Shown here: piece by piece, positions 38,379-50,400 of the stretch
How the letters are laid out: each line of letters begins with the position of its first letter
How positions within the stretch are numbered: position 1 is the first letter of the stretch
Source of the DNA: Phyllosticta citribraziliensis
Taxonomy: Eukaryota
NCBI RefSeq assembly: GCF_038025025.1
Contig: NW_027117344.1
Coordinates: 434,001 to 498,000, forward strand
Reading direction: 5' to 3'
Length of the DNA stretch: 64,000 nt
Made by a program: the position numbers and the translations under genes
The notes under the pieces: generated by a model
Told to the model about the DNA's origin: nothing
The model's database searches: none
The model's input: only the letters and a program-made list of their open reading frames with translations

Positions 38379-39024
38379 GATTTTTTGGGAGTTGTTGTTT
38401 TGGGGGTGTGGGAGGAACGGGCAGGGGCGTGGACGGCTTGGTGAGAAGGAAGAGGGAGAAGGCGGATACGTCGTCTTCTGCTGCCAACCAACACCATATA
38501 TGCGTCCCGAGGCAGCCGCACCTAGCAAAAGCCACGTGCTTTGGCCTGAGAGGGAATCATTCAGTGACACAAACGACACTCTGCACAACGCGCCTCAGTC
38601 AGTTCAGGACGTCCGTAGCAATTGACCAAAACCACCACGAGACAAAAGCACCCACCTACCTTGGCTCTTCAGACGGGGACAACAATGCCCTACCCCAATC
38701 AGTTAGCATGCTAAAGAAGATGGAGCACGCCGTGCAGCCAACTTTGAAGCCCTGATGCACAGAATCAGCAAGCACGCTGGAAGCAGTGAATGGGACATTC
38801 AATCTAGTACTTGATAGCCAGCGAAATAACCAAGCGCTAGGTCTTGAAGCTCGACGACAAGGGGGAGATTAGGTCTGGGGAACATGGACGGAAAAATGAT
38901 GGAAAAAAAGACGGTAGAACGCTAATACTCTCTCGACTGCAGGTCGACTACCAATTTGCCTCTCACCTCTCTCTCTCCCCCTCCATCTCTCTTTCAGGCT
39001 CCCAAACATGTTCGTATCCAAGCC

Positions 39025-40553
39025 TCATATCTTAGCCATGGCCTTACTCCCAGCCGCAGCACCACCCCTCCCCTGCCCCCTGACATCCCTCTCCCACCCC
39101 TCACTCATAAGCCACCTCAACTGCGCACCCACCAGCTTCAAATCCGGGGGCCCAAGAGCGCGAAACGTGGGGCTATGCTGCTGGGTGCGCTTGATCTGCC
39201 AGTCGACAAACGGGCTGACGATGTTGCGCTTGGCCAGGCTGTCGCTCTTGTCGCCGCGCCGCTGTTGCTCCCACAGGCCCCACACCGGCAGCAGCTTGAG
39301 CGGCGGGAACCGCTTCGTGTCCTGCGGCAGCGCGCGCAGCCGCGCCAGCCACTCCTGGTGCGGCACGATGTCGAAGGAGAGCCCCAGCTTGTGGAGCATG
39401 GGCAGCAGGTCTTCGGTCCAGAGGATCGGGTGCGGGCCCAGCAGGTGGAAGACGCCGCCGGGGACAGGCTTGCTGTTGTCGGGTGGTGGAAGGCTGAGGT
39501 CGGCAATGGTGCCGGCGCACCCGTCGACCGGCAGCATGCGCGTGTGGATCTCTTGGTCCGGTAGTGCGCCCACCAGCAGTGCCGTCTGCCACATGCGCGG
39601 GATGTTCTCGCGCGGGTTCCAGATGCCCGTCACGGCGTCGCCGACGACCTGCCCGATGCGGATCGCGCGCGTCGTCAGCGACGGGTTGGCCGCCACCGCG
39701 CGCTCGCACATGAACTCGGCAACCAGCTTGCTCTGGCCGTAGCCCTGGTTCGGGTCCGTCGTCGCCAGCGTCGGGGGCATGACTTCGGGGACGGAGATGA
39801 TGCCCGTGGTCGGGTCAGGGGGTATGAACATGGGCATCAGGGCGACGGAGCCGTACGAGGAAAGAAAGTTGAACGAGGCTGGTGTGGGGGAGCGCGTTGA
39901 GAGGCAGAGGTTGATGAGGTTCTGCGTGGCGGCGAGGTTTTCGGCGTAGGCCGTCAGAGGCAGCATGAAGTTGATGATCCAGGCGCCGTGGATCACACAC
40001 GTTACGGTTGATTTAAGCTCTTCGAGGACCTCTGGGCTGAGACCAAGGTCGGGCTTGGCCATGTCGGACGCAAATGCCTGAATCTTGTCCAGTGCTTTGG
40101 GGGAAAACTTGTCGTAGACTGCGCCGACGCGTCGAGCTTCGAGCTCGTCGAGGACACGCTGCCGTGCGTGCTTTGGCGAGTTGGCCCGGACTAGGCAGAA
40201 TACCTTTTTGACGTTGTCCCGGATGGCTAGCTGCGCAGCGACGTGTGACCCAATCCCTCCGGTCACGCCTGTGACGAGCTTCAAACGATTAGACAGTGGG
40301 TGGGCTGCGACGGACATGACAACTTACCACGTATTCGCCAGTGTAGGTCCGAGGTTGCGGGACATGTTTACCAAAAGAAGAGTACTTGTCAATGAGCTCT
40401 TGCATCTGTTTGACGTGGGGCATGTTTGCGGCCATGTTCTCCACATCCATGGGTGGGACGAGGTTGTTCTCTGTTGATTTGATTAGCATGGCTAGCTTGA
40501 AGACCCTGAGTGAGCACCATACCATCACGGGGAGCGTTCTTATTGTCAGGCAT
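39025..40553 (-). CDS. Stand-alone thioester reductase (NRPS-like/CAR R domain, extended SDR, NAD_binding_4), 3 exons, ~475 aa
   Basis: Proposed exons 40553-40523, 40470-40328, 40278-39025 (introns GTATGG..GCTAAT..CAG and GTAAGT..CTAAT..AAG). Motifs LVTGVTGGIG, VFCLVRA, IHGAWIINF, GYGQSKLVAE (YxxxK) and RIGQVVGD..TGIWN. The first exon is the least certain. Confidence 0.82.
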
Positions 40554-43293
40554 TGTACGGTGAGGAATGAAGACGTCTGTGATCTGTAGTCTCTGCAATC
40601 TTGTACAGGTATCTTCAAGCAGCCAAGGAATCTGGTATCAAAAGTATATTGAAAGTGGGGAGCAAGATGCTAGAGATGCCAGATAGTGAGCGGCAAAGAG
40701 TTGGCAACTCGGCTTCCACGCAGTAAGAACGAAACCTGAAACTTTGGGCTTTGTTTGGTCAGGATGTTTTGGCTCGAGAGTGAAGCGACGCGTTGAAGTT
40801 GGTTAATCGCGATGATGAGAGGGACATAAATCGAGAACTGATGTCCAAGTAATCCGCACCGATACCGAGGTCGCGGCAGACACCCGGCTGGCTAGTGTTG
40901 AGGGAGATGCCTCCGGAGACGTGTTGTCGGCGGCGACTGAATGCGCCCCGCAACGAAGCTTGTACAGCTTTCCGGCTGTATCCGCCTCGAAGCACATCTT
41001 GGCTCTCCGCCCTATTTTCTCCTCTTTGGAGTTGAAAACAGGGGACGACCAATCAGACTTTGCGATTGATATACCAGCAGCGCCAACGGGCGTAAGAGCC
41101 GCCCAACCTATTCAAAGTGAGTTGGCGACGGCGCCTATATCTACAAGCCATGATACTTGACTGTCCTTGTTTGGACAGCCGTCGCATCCGCAGAGCAAGA
41201 GGATTGACGCGAAGAAAACGTTGCGTCGACCTGGCGGTCAACGATGCAGCATAATAGCCGAGGGTAGAAGAGCAACAACCAATAGCCCGCTGTCGAAATG
41301 GCGGGCACCCTCGGCAGCGACGGCGTACTTAAGGTTTGCTGAGACGGAATGGAAAATCGCACTACTCCGTCGGGCCGCGTCGAAGCCAACCAGTGGGCAC
41401 GGGATGAGCCTCCGAGTGCCAATACCAACATGTCTTCCCGGACGTCGTTGTTGTCTCTAGACCCATCCCTTACCGCTCGACAGGTCAGATGTCACGGTTG
41501 CGTCAGCTCTAGCGCTTCGGTTTCGCCAAGTCCTGTGAAGAGAGGCCCTCTATTCTTGCGAATGGAGTTTTCATTCTCAGTCAATATTCCCAAAGCTCTT
41601 TTTCGCCGCAACGGGTCAAGTACGCCCAAGGCACTGTTGTGCAAGCTCGACCGCGAGTGCGCCTGAGATGCCGTGCTGCGATGCTGGACGACATGCGCGT
41701 TTGCTCAATGTGCCTTCCTCTTGCTTCTCCTTGTTCGTCCTGTCTCTTGTGTCCCTAGTTCAAATGCACCAACGGTCCAGAGTGTTGTTTTGGTCTCTTT
41801 CTTCAACGCATGCAAGTCAAAAGCTTGGAATGGCGGAATCATGACGAATCCAAGCACGCCAGTCGTGTCGATCTGCAAAAGTAGCCATTGAGCAGACGCG
41901 CCGGGCATGGCGACAATATGGCGAAGAGGCGGAAGGTAGACGGTTCCTTTGGCGAGGTCGGTGCCGGCCTGAACACGCACGGGACATGCGGCACACGACG
42001 AGCAGCAGCAGCAGGCACGCAGCGTTTTTGCGGGCAAATTGCCCGACTCTGCATGGCTGTATGAACGCAGAGGCCAATTGCGCATACATTGTACATGCGG
42101 CCGGTGTTACACACAAGGCAGGAGAAGGAGAGGATTGGAACGGGTAGACTGCCGGTAGCGTCAAGCGTCGGAGCGGGTGCCGGGTTTCGGCTACTGCGGC
42201 CTGTGCTGCGCTGGGCACGAAGACGAAGACGCGAGCAGAGCAGAGCAGCACGTGGGACAAGTTCGCAATGCGCAACAGCATGACGAGGACACGGCTTACC
42301 GTGCAGCAGAGGGTGCGAATGAAGGTGGGCGAAGAGCGCCATCCGCAGCGCAGGACGGGTGCTGGCGTAGGCGCTTGACGTGGACTCTTACAAGACAAGG
42401 GACCGGAGCAAAGAGACGGTGTGGAAGAGTCGCTGGAGGAGGATGGACGGACGGACAGATTGGCCAAAGCTCGTATAATGGGCGAGAAGAATGACTAGTA
42501 TCCAGGGACTCGGCCCTGGCCGTTCAGGCGCCCTGGGACCGAAGACGACGACGGCGACGGACGAGAGCAACGAATCCAGACGCGGGCGGGCAGGCTAAGA
42601 ATAGGCGGCGGACGAAGCGAAGCCCGTACTCGCTCGATGGTCGAGTAGCACCGCCATGTCGCAACCCAGCCACAGAGAAACGACGAGGAGAGGAGAAATG
42701 CGCGAGGTCGGCAGCAAAGGGGCTCTGCTCTCGTCGCCACTGGCCCAACAATGGAAAAGCAAAGCGCAATGGATGGCCAGGATCGCGCACTACTGCAGTC
42801 GACTGTCAAAGTTGGTGGATCGGCGGCGCCAGGGCGAGCTGGCCTGAGCTGCGGGCGTCTTCCCCATACGAGCCCATGCGCTCGCTGTGCGGTGCGGATG
42901 GAAGACGGCAGAAGTGTTGTTGGAGGAGTCGTCGTCGTCGAAATCCTTTGCGGGTGGAATGGATGGATTCAGTAGCGCATGAGGGGACAGGACAGGACAG
43001 CCAGGGTGACGTGACAGGCAGGTGGTGAGAGAGGAGAGAGGTGAGTGGAGAGGCATGTGGCATGCACCAAGGGAAAGAGTTCATCTCCACAGCCTCTGTG
43101 CTCCAGCGGCACAGCCAATTGGCGGCCCCGTCCCCCAAACATCCACCACCGCCAATATAAACCCCAGCTTCTCTGCTGCCCACGTCCACCTTTTGCCAAC
43201 CACCTCTTCTTCGCTCCTCTGCTCTCCTCTGCTCGGACCTCTGCTACACACACTCTCCACCACTCTACACTCGCTCTCATCCACGCTCTCAAA

Positions 43294-43931
43294 ATGAAGT
43301 CCTCCATCTTCTTCGCGACCTCCCTCGTCGCCACTGCCTTTGCGCAGTCGTCTGTGAGTAGACGCGTCTCAATCCCTCTCAACGCTTCTAACATGTCCCG
43401 TCCCAGGCCTCCAGCGAGACCGTCGCCGTCTCTTCTGCTCCCTCGGTCGCCTCGACCACCTCGACCTCGACCTACGTCTACAGCAACCCCTTCACCACCT
43501 TCCTCACCCAGACCAACTCTCTCGGCGTCGTGACCGGCCAGCCCGCCGCCGTCACCTCGCAGCCTAACGTCGCCACCATTCCGGCTCTGGGCACGGGCAC
43601 CTACACCATTGCCATTGGCAACGACACCGCCGTCGTCGTCACCGTCGGCTCCAGCACCACGGCCGTTGTCTCCGGCGACGCCGTCATCACCACCTCGGGC
43701 AGCTCCGTCTACGTCGCCGCCACCACTACCGGCGCCTCTGCTTCCGGCTCTGCTGCTTCCGGCTCTGCTTCTGGTTCCGACGCCTCTGCCACCGGCTCCG
43801 GCACTTCGCGCGAGTCGGGCTCGTCGGCCAGCGGTAGCGCCTCGGCCAGCTCTACCAACGCTGCCGCCAACATCAAGGCCGCCTCGGGTGCCCTCGTCGG
43901 CGCCGGTGCCCTCTTTGCTGCTTTCCTCTAA
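43294..43931 (+). CDS. Secreted Ser/Thr-rich, probably GPI-anchored cell-surface protein, 2 exons, ~194 aa
   Basis: Signal peptide MKSSIFFATSLVATAFA. Intron 43354-43406 (GTGAGT..CTAAC..CAG). Core FLTQTNSLGVVTGQP, S/T/A/G-rich stalk, and C-terminal STNAAANIKAASGALVGAGALFAAFL (omega site plus hydrophobic tail). TATAAA at 43156-43161; strong codon bias. Confidence 0.88.
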
Positions 43932-46657
43932 GCAACTCGAGTCCTTTGCGACTCACTTACTCTCTCTTCTTGCCTTCTACTGTACGACTTAATTTCTTGC
44001 ATGCACTTTATTACCCCCTTTCAACTTTACGACGGACACGCACGCAGGCATCGGATATTCTGATTAATGAAGTGGAGGAGAGGTCATGGACCGATGGCTG
44101 GAGGATTACCCAGACAGGGGCGGGAGCATCAGCAGGTGCTGGGGAGTAGCTAGGCGCAGCAGCAGCAGCAGCAGTACCTGAGCGACAGCTTGGTTGCCAG
44201 AAAAATGTTTCATCGTTGGACCGAGTGGCTTTTGTTTTTGGTTTTGAATTATTGGCTCCAACGGCGACGGCGACGACGACGCGCAGAGACACCCCAGCAG
44301 TCAAACAGACGAACAGACAGACGACGCATCCAGTAGCGGCAATAGTTCGACGGGTCCGCCGACAGGGCTGCCCACCAAACAAACTAATCGACCTACCTAC
44401 TTAATACCAACACTATGACTTGACCCTTTTGCCCGCTCGCGTTTCAATCGGCTGCTCGTCGCGTCCGACTAAGGTAACTTTTCAACGGCGTCGCGCTTTC
44501 CCTTTGCCGCGCCACCTACAGCGGCCCGCCGTTTTCATCCATCCGTCGCCGGCTTCCTCCCGAGCGGACGTTGTTGTTCCTGGATCCTCCCTCCCTTTTC
44601 AACTCATCCCTGGGTAGCAACTGCTCCGTCCCCTTGCAGTCTTTCTTGCTCAGTCGCGCACTCTGCTTTCACTCATTCTGCACTCGGGTCGAGCAAGAGC
44701 GCCCGCTCGCTCGGCTGCAAAGCGACAAGAGGCGTCCGTCGATGCATCCATCTGGCTGGCTGCATGTACGCAGCGGTTGCTGGGGCGATTGCCGGCATTC
44801 GTTGCCTCTTTCAGCCTACCTATTATTCTCTGCCGCAATGCACAAAGCACCTCTCTCTGCCTCTCTCTCCCCGCTTAAACAATCACGCAGTGTACCCTTT
44901 CAATAGAAACACTGCGCGCGTTTGGCCTCAAGTCATCTCGCCTCATCAAATGGCCGAACCTCGCGTGGCTTCTCGTCTCGTCTTGCCTTGTCTCAAAGCA
45001 TCGAGATGGCAGTTTGAAGTAGAGGCTGCGTGTATGTGTGCGATGCACCCCGCCCACCTTCGCACAACAATACTTCCTTCCTTCCTTTCGTCGTCGTCGT
45101 CAGTGTGGCTGTCAGTCGTCGTTCAAAGTTGCTCAAACACAGACAGGCGTCTCCCGGCTTCCTGTGCGCACTAAGCTAGGTAGGTAAGGCATGCAAGCTG
45201 CGCAGCTAGACGCGGGACGGCGCGACGCGACGCGTGGCCGCTTGGCTCCCCGGGAGGCAAGGTTCCCTCTCCTCCTTTTCTTCTCCTCATTCTCCTGGTG
45301 CGATGCTGGACGGACGCGATGGGACGGGTGGAATGGCGGCAGTGAGCAGAGGGCAGAGGTGAAGAATGATGCTTGCTTGCTTCCCTTTTGAGTGACGCAG
45401 ATGGGGAAGGATGGAGTTTTGCGAAAGCGCATCATACACATCATATTGCGACGCGGGCTGCGTGCATTCATGGTGGTGGTCGTGTGCTATAGTAAGAGGC
45501 TCCCCGCGTTTTGTGTTTTGTTTGAGGTTGATTCGTTCATCCGTTGATCTAGCCATCGGTGTCCTCCTCGTAGAAAGCTATGTAGCCAGTCGGCCACTAT
45601 TTCTCTCCTTCATTCTCCAGTCATACAATTATTCATCTCTTCCGCACCTTGCCACCCCCATCGACGCATGCAGACAGGCTTATCGGTTCTTCCTGGCAGT
45701 CTTGACACAAGAATCTGAACACAAGAAGCTGTTGTCGTTGCGCCGACGCGCGTCTCCTTTCCCGTCTTTGCTCTGTCATCTCGTCGTCTTTTCCGTCCGG
45801 TTTGCATCTTCCCCTCTATTCTGTGACTTGACGAGTCACTTTGTTTCTTGATTGCTCTTCGTCACCTTCGAGCGCTAGATTTCAAAGCGTCTCCGACAGT
45901 CTGATGCCGTCCAGGGAGTAATGCAAAATCAAAGACTTGCATTGATCACCTGAGACGGTTTTCCTCTGAGCACGAATTTCCCAAATTCTTCGACTTAGTC
46001 TGTCGTACATGCCGCAAGAATCGCCTGCATCCTGTGCGCCCGTCATCAATAAACGGCTAGTAGCGAGTGAGAGACAAGTAAGCTCTAAGCAGCTCAGGAG
46101 TTCCCTTAATGAAGTTTTATTAGTTGGTCATTTTCAACATTTCGCGATGAACTTGTATCCTAAAGATATTAAGGGTAAGACAATAGTGTGGAATGTACAT
46201 GTATCTACGCTGCTACCGCCTCAGCATGATATACTCTTCACTCTATAGGCTAGGTCGCGTAACGTCGTTTGAGCTGTTGTAGATCAATTTATCAATGGAA
46301 TAGGGAAGTAATCTCAGTATTTAGTTGTATCCGCTTAGAACTTTTTTCGAAATGTAAACTACGAGTTTGACAGGAACGCTTCTTGCGTGACTGTGGTTTT
46401 GTGTCAATATGTTTCATTCGTCCACTTGAACTTCGAAATCGTCGTTCAGAGACGCCATAGAGGAAGGGGTACAAGAACAGAAAAGAGCCATGCTATAGTC
46501 CGTAATTCGAAAGTTCGCTTTTAAGAGCTAATGCGTATACTTGATCCCTCAAATGTCGCTGCTATATCATGATGATTTCAATATTCTACATTTTTTACGA
46601 TCTTGATTGATAGGTAGTAAGTAACAGCGCAAGTAGAATTTGCACAAAAGTACCTTC

Positions 46658-46820
46658 CCGTAATTCTCTAGAGCTAAATTTCAAAGCGCATTGTGTATAG
46701 ACAATAATATCACACACAGATCCGTATGTGAGATCCGGATACCGTAATCCTCTAGAGCTGAATTTCAAAGCGCACTACCTATAAACAGGGACATTACAAA
46801 CAGTTCTGTGTGCAAGATCC
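46658..46820. repeat. Degenerate 84-bp direct repeat (two copies, plus partial related motifs near 46500 and 45875)
   Basis: CCGTAATTCTCTAGAGCTAAATTTCAAAGCGCA at 46658 versus CCGTAATCCTCTAGAGCTGAATTTCAAAGCGCA at 46742; both units end near AGATCCGG. Confidence 0.8.
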
Positions 46821-47018
46821 GGGGGCTCGATAGTAGAAAAGTTTACGGGGGAGTTCAAATAGAAAGACGGTCTTGTTTTTAGACTTCTCCTAACTTTTAA
46901 ATCGTACCTTGGCATCTTACTTCTACCGCATAAATGAAATAGACAAGGTCGTATACTCAATTAACTCATCTTATGAGAACTTTCGACACTCTCCTCTTTC
47001 AAACGAACCCCTGAATTC

Positions 47019-47464
47019 CAGGGTGGTCGTCAACGCAACGCAACGCAACAATTGCGTTGTGTTGAAGGCGTTGATGACGAATTTTATATTGTGTCAACAA
47101 CGGGTGGTCTACATTAGGTTGAAATGAATGAGGTTGAAAAATCTTGACCGCTAACTTAGGAGTCATTCAGTTATTGCAAAAAAAAAAATTTTTTCCAATA
47201 GCGCCTTGAGCCATTTACGCATAGTAGAGTAGTAGTGGTGGTGATGGTGGTGGTGGTGGTGTTAGGAGTGGTAAGTAGGTGCTATATACTAGGGAAAACC
47301 CCCTACTAACTACTAATCAATGATCATTAACCCAATTCAACGCAACGGGCACCACAAATCAGGTTGCGTTGATGAAGTAGAAGGCGCCGTTGCGTTGCGT
47401 TGATGTTGACGTTGTCAACGTCCGCTGTCAATCGTTGAAAGATTTTGAATTGACGACCGCCCTG
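47019..47464. mobile_element. Non-autonomous hAT-superfamily DNA transposon (MITE), 446 bp
   Basis: 15-bp TIRs CAGGGTGGTCGTCAA (47019-47033) and TTGACGACCGCCCTG (47450-47464), one mismatch. Perfect 8-bp target-site duplication CTGAATTC (47011-47018 and 47465-47472). Subterminal CAACG/CGTTG repeats; no transposase ORF. Confidence 0.9.
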
Positions 47465-50400
47465 CTGAATTCACTACCCCTGAAATCCCCATCGTTACTC
47501 CTCATCGCCAACTGATAAGAGAGCGCAGGGCGACATAGCTAACATTTTACAGTATCCGCAGTCCTTGGTGCTTAGAAGGAGGTCTAGGCACGTACGACGC
47601 AAGTTAAGTCTCCTAAGTAGAGTGAGACATTGATTTGCTCAAGAAAGATTGAAATCAGGAGTCCAATCTACGAGGAAGACAGACGTTTCGCCTGATACTG
47701 AAATAGTGGTGTATACACGCTATCCACCTTACAAAGCATGCCTAACCTAATAAAGTCCTCATACTTAGTCGCGTTCTCCTCACGAAGAGGCGGCGTTCGG
47801 CGCAGCGCCGCGGACGACGAATAGGCCAGAAGACAAAAAAAGCAGCGGCCAGACAAGCAAGCATCCAACGAGAAAGGAGCCTACACTTCATCCTACCCAC
47901 TCCCAAGACGAAGTCATACCCCACGCTTACTCCTATACATCCCTAAACATTAAAACTGTCGCTTTCCGCGCGCTGTGCAGCACAGGTAGAGTCGATGCCG
48001 CCGACTCATCGAGACATTTTTCGCCTCGCGCTAGACGGTAGACAGGAGAAAGGAGACGTGGGATGCGGAAGTAAGCCGTCGGACTCTCATGCCCCTTTCG
48101 AGGAAAACTGCATTGAGACTGGTCGAACCTGTTTTAGTTGATTTGGCGAGCGTTGATATTGGGTAGTGGAGAAAAGGACGCCGCCGAACTCGTTTAGAAA
48201 AGCGGAGGAGGCGAGGATGAGTGCGTGGATGCTGTGTGCGTGAGGAGAAGGAGAGGGAGCTTAGAGGGAGATTTTGCGCCGAACCCCTTTTTCCTGCGCG
48301 GTGAGTGGTGCGCAGCGCAGTGGGTAGAGGGACAGACGTATAGGGGAGCTGCGTATGTACAATATCCTCGCTAGCATAGTTGCGTGTTTTCATATATGGC
48401 AGCCAAGAGGCGGATGATAAAGTGAAGTGGTTGATGCGTGATGAGTGACAGCGTTGATCCGCGCGGCATATCATATGAGATCAAGGAGTCGTGTGCGGAG
48501 AGGAAAGATGTAGAGATGTGAATAGAGCGAGTGCATTTATACGATAGATGCACGTCGTGTCTGCGTGCACTATCCTTATGGGGACGCTATATAATAATTT
48601 CGGCGTCGTTACGTGCAAGTCTTTCGCGGGGTTTTTACGTATCCTGGATGGTAACCAGTTCAGTGGGCCGCCAGAAAAGTTCAACTCCAAGGATAAATAT
48701 ATGCGAGAGCTCTACTCTTACATCCTCAAGCCAACCACTTCGTCCTTTATCGTCGCGTCATCCAATAATCGAGAAATGAAGCGCAGCTCCAGCAGACGGA
48801 GAGATTTGACAAGCAACCACGACACAAATCAAGATGATCCAAATTCCTCCGTCCCATCCAAATAGCACAAAAACCCCTTGAATCGAGCAACCGAAGCCGC
48901 GTTAGTTGCCAACGTCCAGCAAAACAAGTCAGTGAAACGTTCGACAAAGTCATCAACGCATCGGCGGTGAAGATGAGCCGAGTCGGCGTAAGCAAGCAAG
49001 CAAGCAAGCTGTCAGTCAGCGGGGGAAGCTGGAGGAAGTGCTACACGACAGCTAGCTAGCTACGACGGCCCTACATCTGCAGCTTTCCAGTCACGCTTGC
49101 ATCAGCATTCGAGAGTAAGCTGGTGCTGAAGGGCTGGTAGAGCGTGTGTCAGCAAGACTCGTTTCTACAGCATTCTAGAAGAGCGCAGTGCAACGTCTCC
49201 CTGCAGGTCATCTTGATTGGTTACAGCAGCATCGCGCGTTTACCACAACCTCCCTCCCTACGTCGATGATTGCTTTTGCTGCGCAGACGAGCCGCCCCCA
49301 CCACCACCAAATCTACCACCATCGCAACCCAGCGCCACGCCATGCCATGCCATGGCATGCCACACTACGCCGCAGTTTAGGTTTGACTCGAGCTATCCGC
49401 CCGAGGGCGGACCGAACGGCTGGTTGGCTCGTTGGGGGGCTGCGACAAGCTAGATGCTTGCCCGCGGTGCAGCGATTCCCGCCCGTCCGCCCTCCCGCGG
49501 TTCATCTGAGACCTACCTCCCTGCCTGTCTGCCTGTCTGCCGATGGACAGTGGTTGCTTTGCAGTCTTTGCACGTGCGGCTGCGGAGAGTGTCGTGGTTG
49601 ACAGAATGTGTGACGCACGCAGCGAGATCACGCGCGCTGCGGCGGCGGTGGCGCACGTCTGTCTGTCTGTCTGTCAGTGAGTCTTCAGCCTGCTTGCTGC
49701 CTAGGCTTGCGTGCGTGCCGGTCCGGCGCGGTGCGGTGTGGTGGAATGCAGAGGAGGCAGCGAGGATGGGAGCAAGCCAGCAAGCCAGGGGAATCGACCA
49801 GTCGCCGTCGGGCGTGCATGAAGAGGAAGTGACGGAGCGAGCAAGCGGACGGCAAGCAAGCAAGGAACAACCGCAACTCGACATGTGGCTGACAGACATC
49901 AGGCGCGCAGAGGCGGTCGGCGTGCTGCTTCTGCTGCTGCTGCAAGGTGATGAACGGATGAAGTGAGGTCAGCGTACCTACCTATCAGCGACGAAAGACG
50001 AGTCGAGGGTCAAGATGACGGCCGCGGCCACACGGCGCCCAGATCCAAAAAAGCAAGCATCCATCCACCATCACGGGGAACTGACGACGCCTCAACAATC
50101 ACAGTGATGGCACCTCATCTGGTCAGCCTATCGCATCTCACCGCGGCCCCAAGACCCAGATCGGCCGGCTGGCATTCCTGATCTCTGGCCAGGCCGAAGC
50201 TCCAGCCGCCGCGGCGCGTCGATGGATCTTGAGCATTCTTCGCTTCTCGCACGCGTCTCGTCGGGACCCGTCTGTCTGCCTGCCTGCCTGCGCCTCCATT
50301 CCGCAGCGGCAGCAGCAGCATCGCCAACGGCCTTGGTGACCGCCTGCTGGGCCACGCACCACTGGCAAACCCCTGTCGAACCCGCGTGCGGCGCGGCGTT

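Larger units (their letters stand above)
45950..48900. mobile_element. AT-rich island, probable decayed (RIP-like) transposon or repeat relic hosting the MITE
   Basis: Visibly lower GC and more TA dinucleotides than the flanks, only short broken ORFs, an internal 84-bp direct repeat and a nested MITE. Boundaries are approximate and no family is recognisable. Confidence 0.45.

Noticed and set aside
46480..46570. Kinase-like reading (LKANFRITDYSMA) in the AT-rich island
   Set aside because: A single short resemblance among stop codons, with no other kinase subdomains in register.
46658..47464. Short repeats as a CRISPR-like array
   Set aside because: Eukaryotic context, only two long units, no regular unique spacers and no cas genes; explained by tandem duplication and MITE subterminal repeats.
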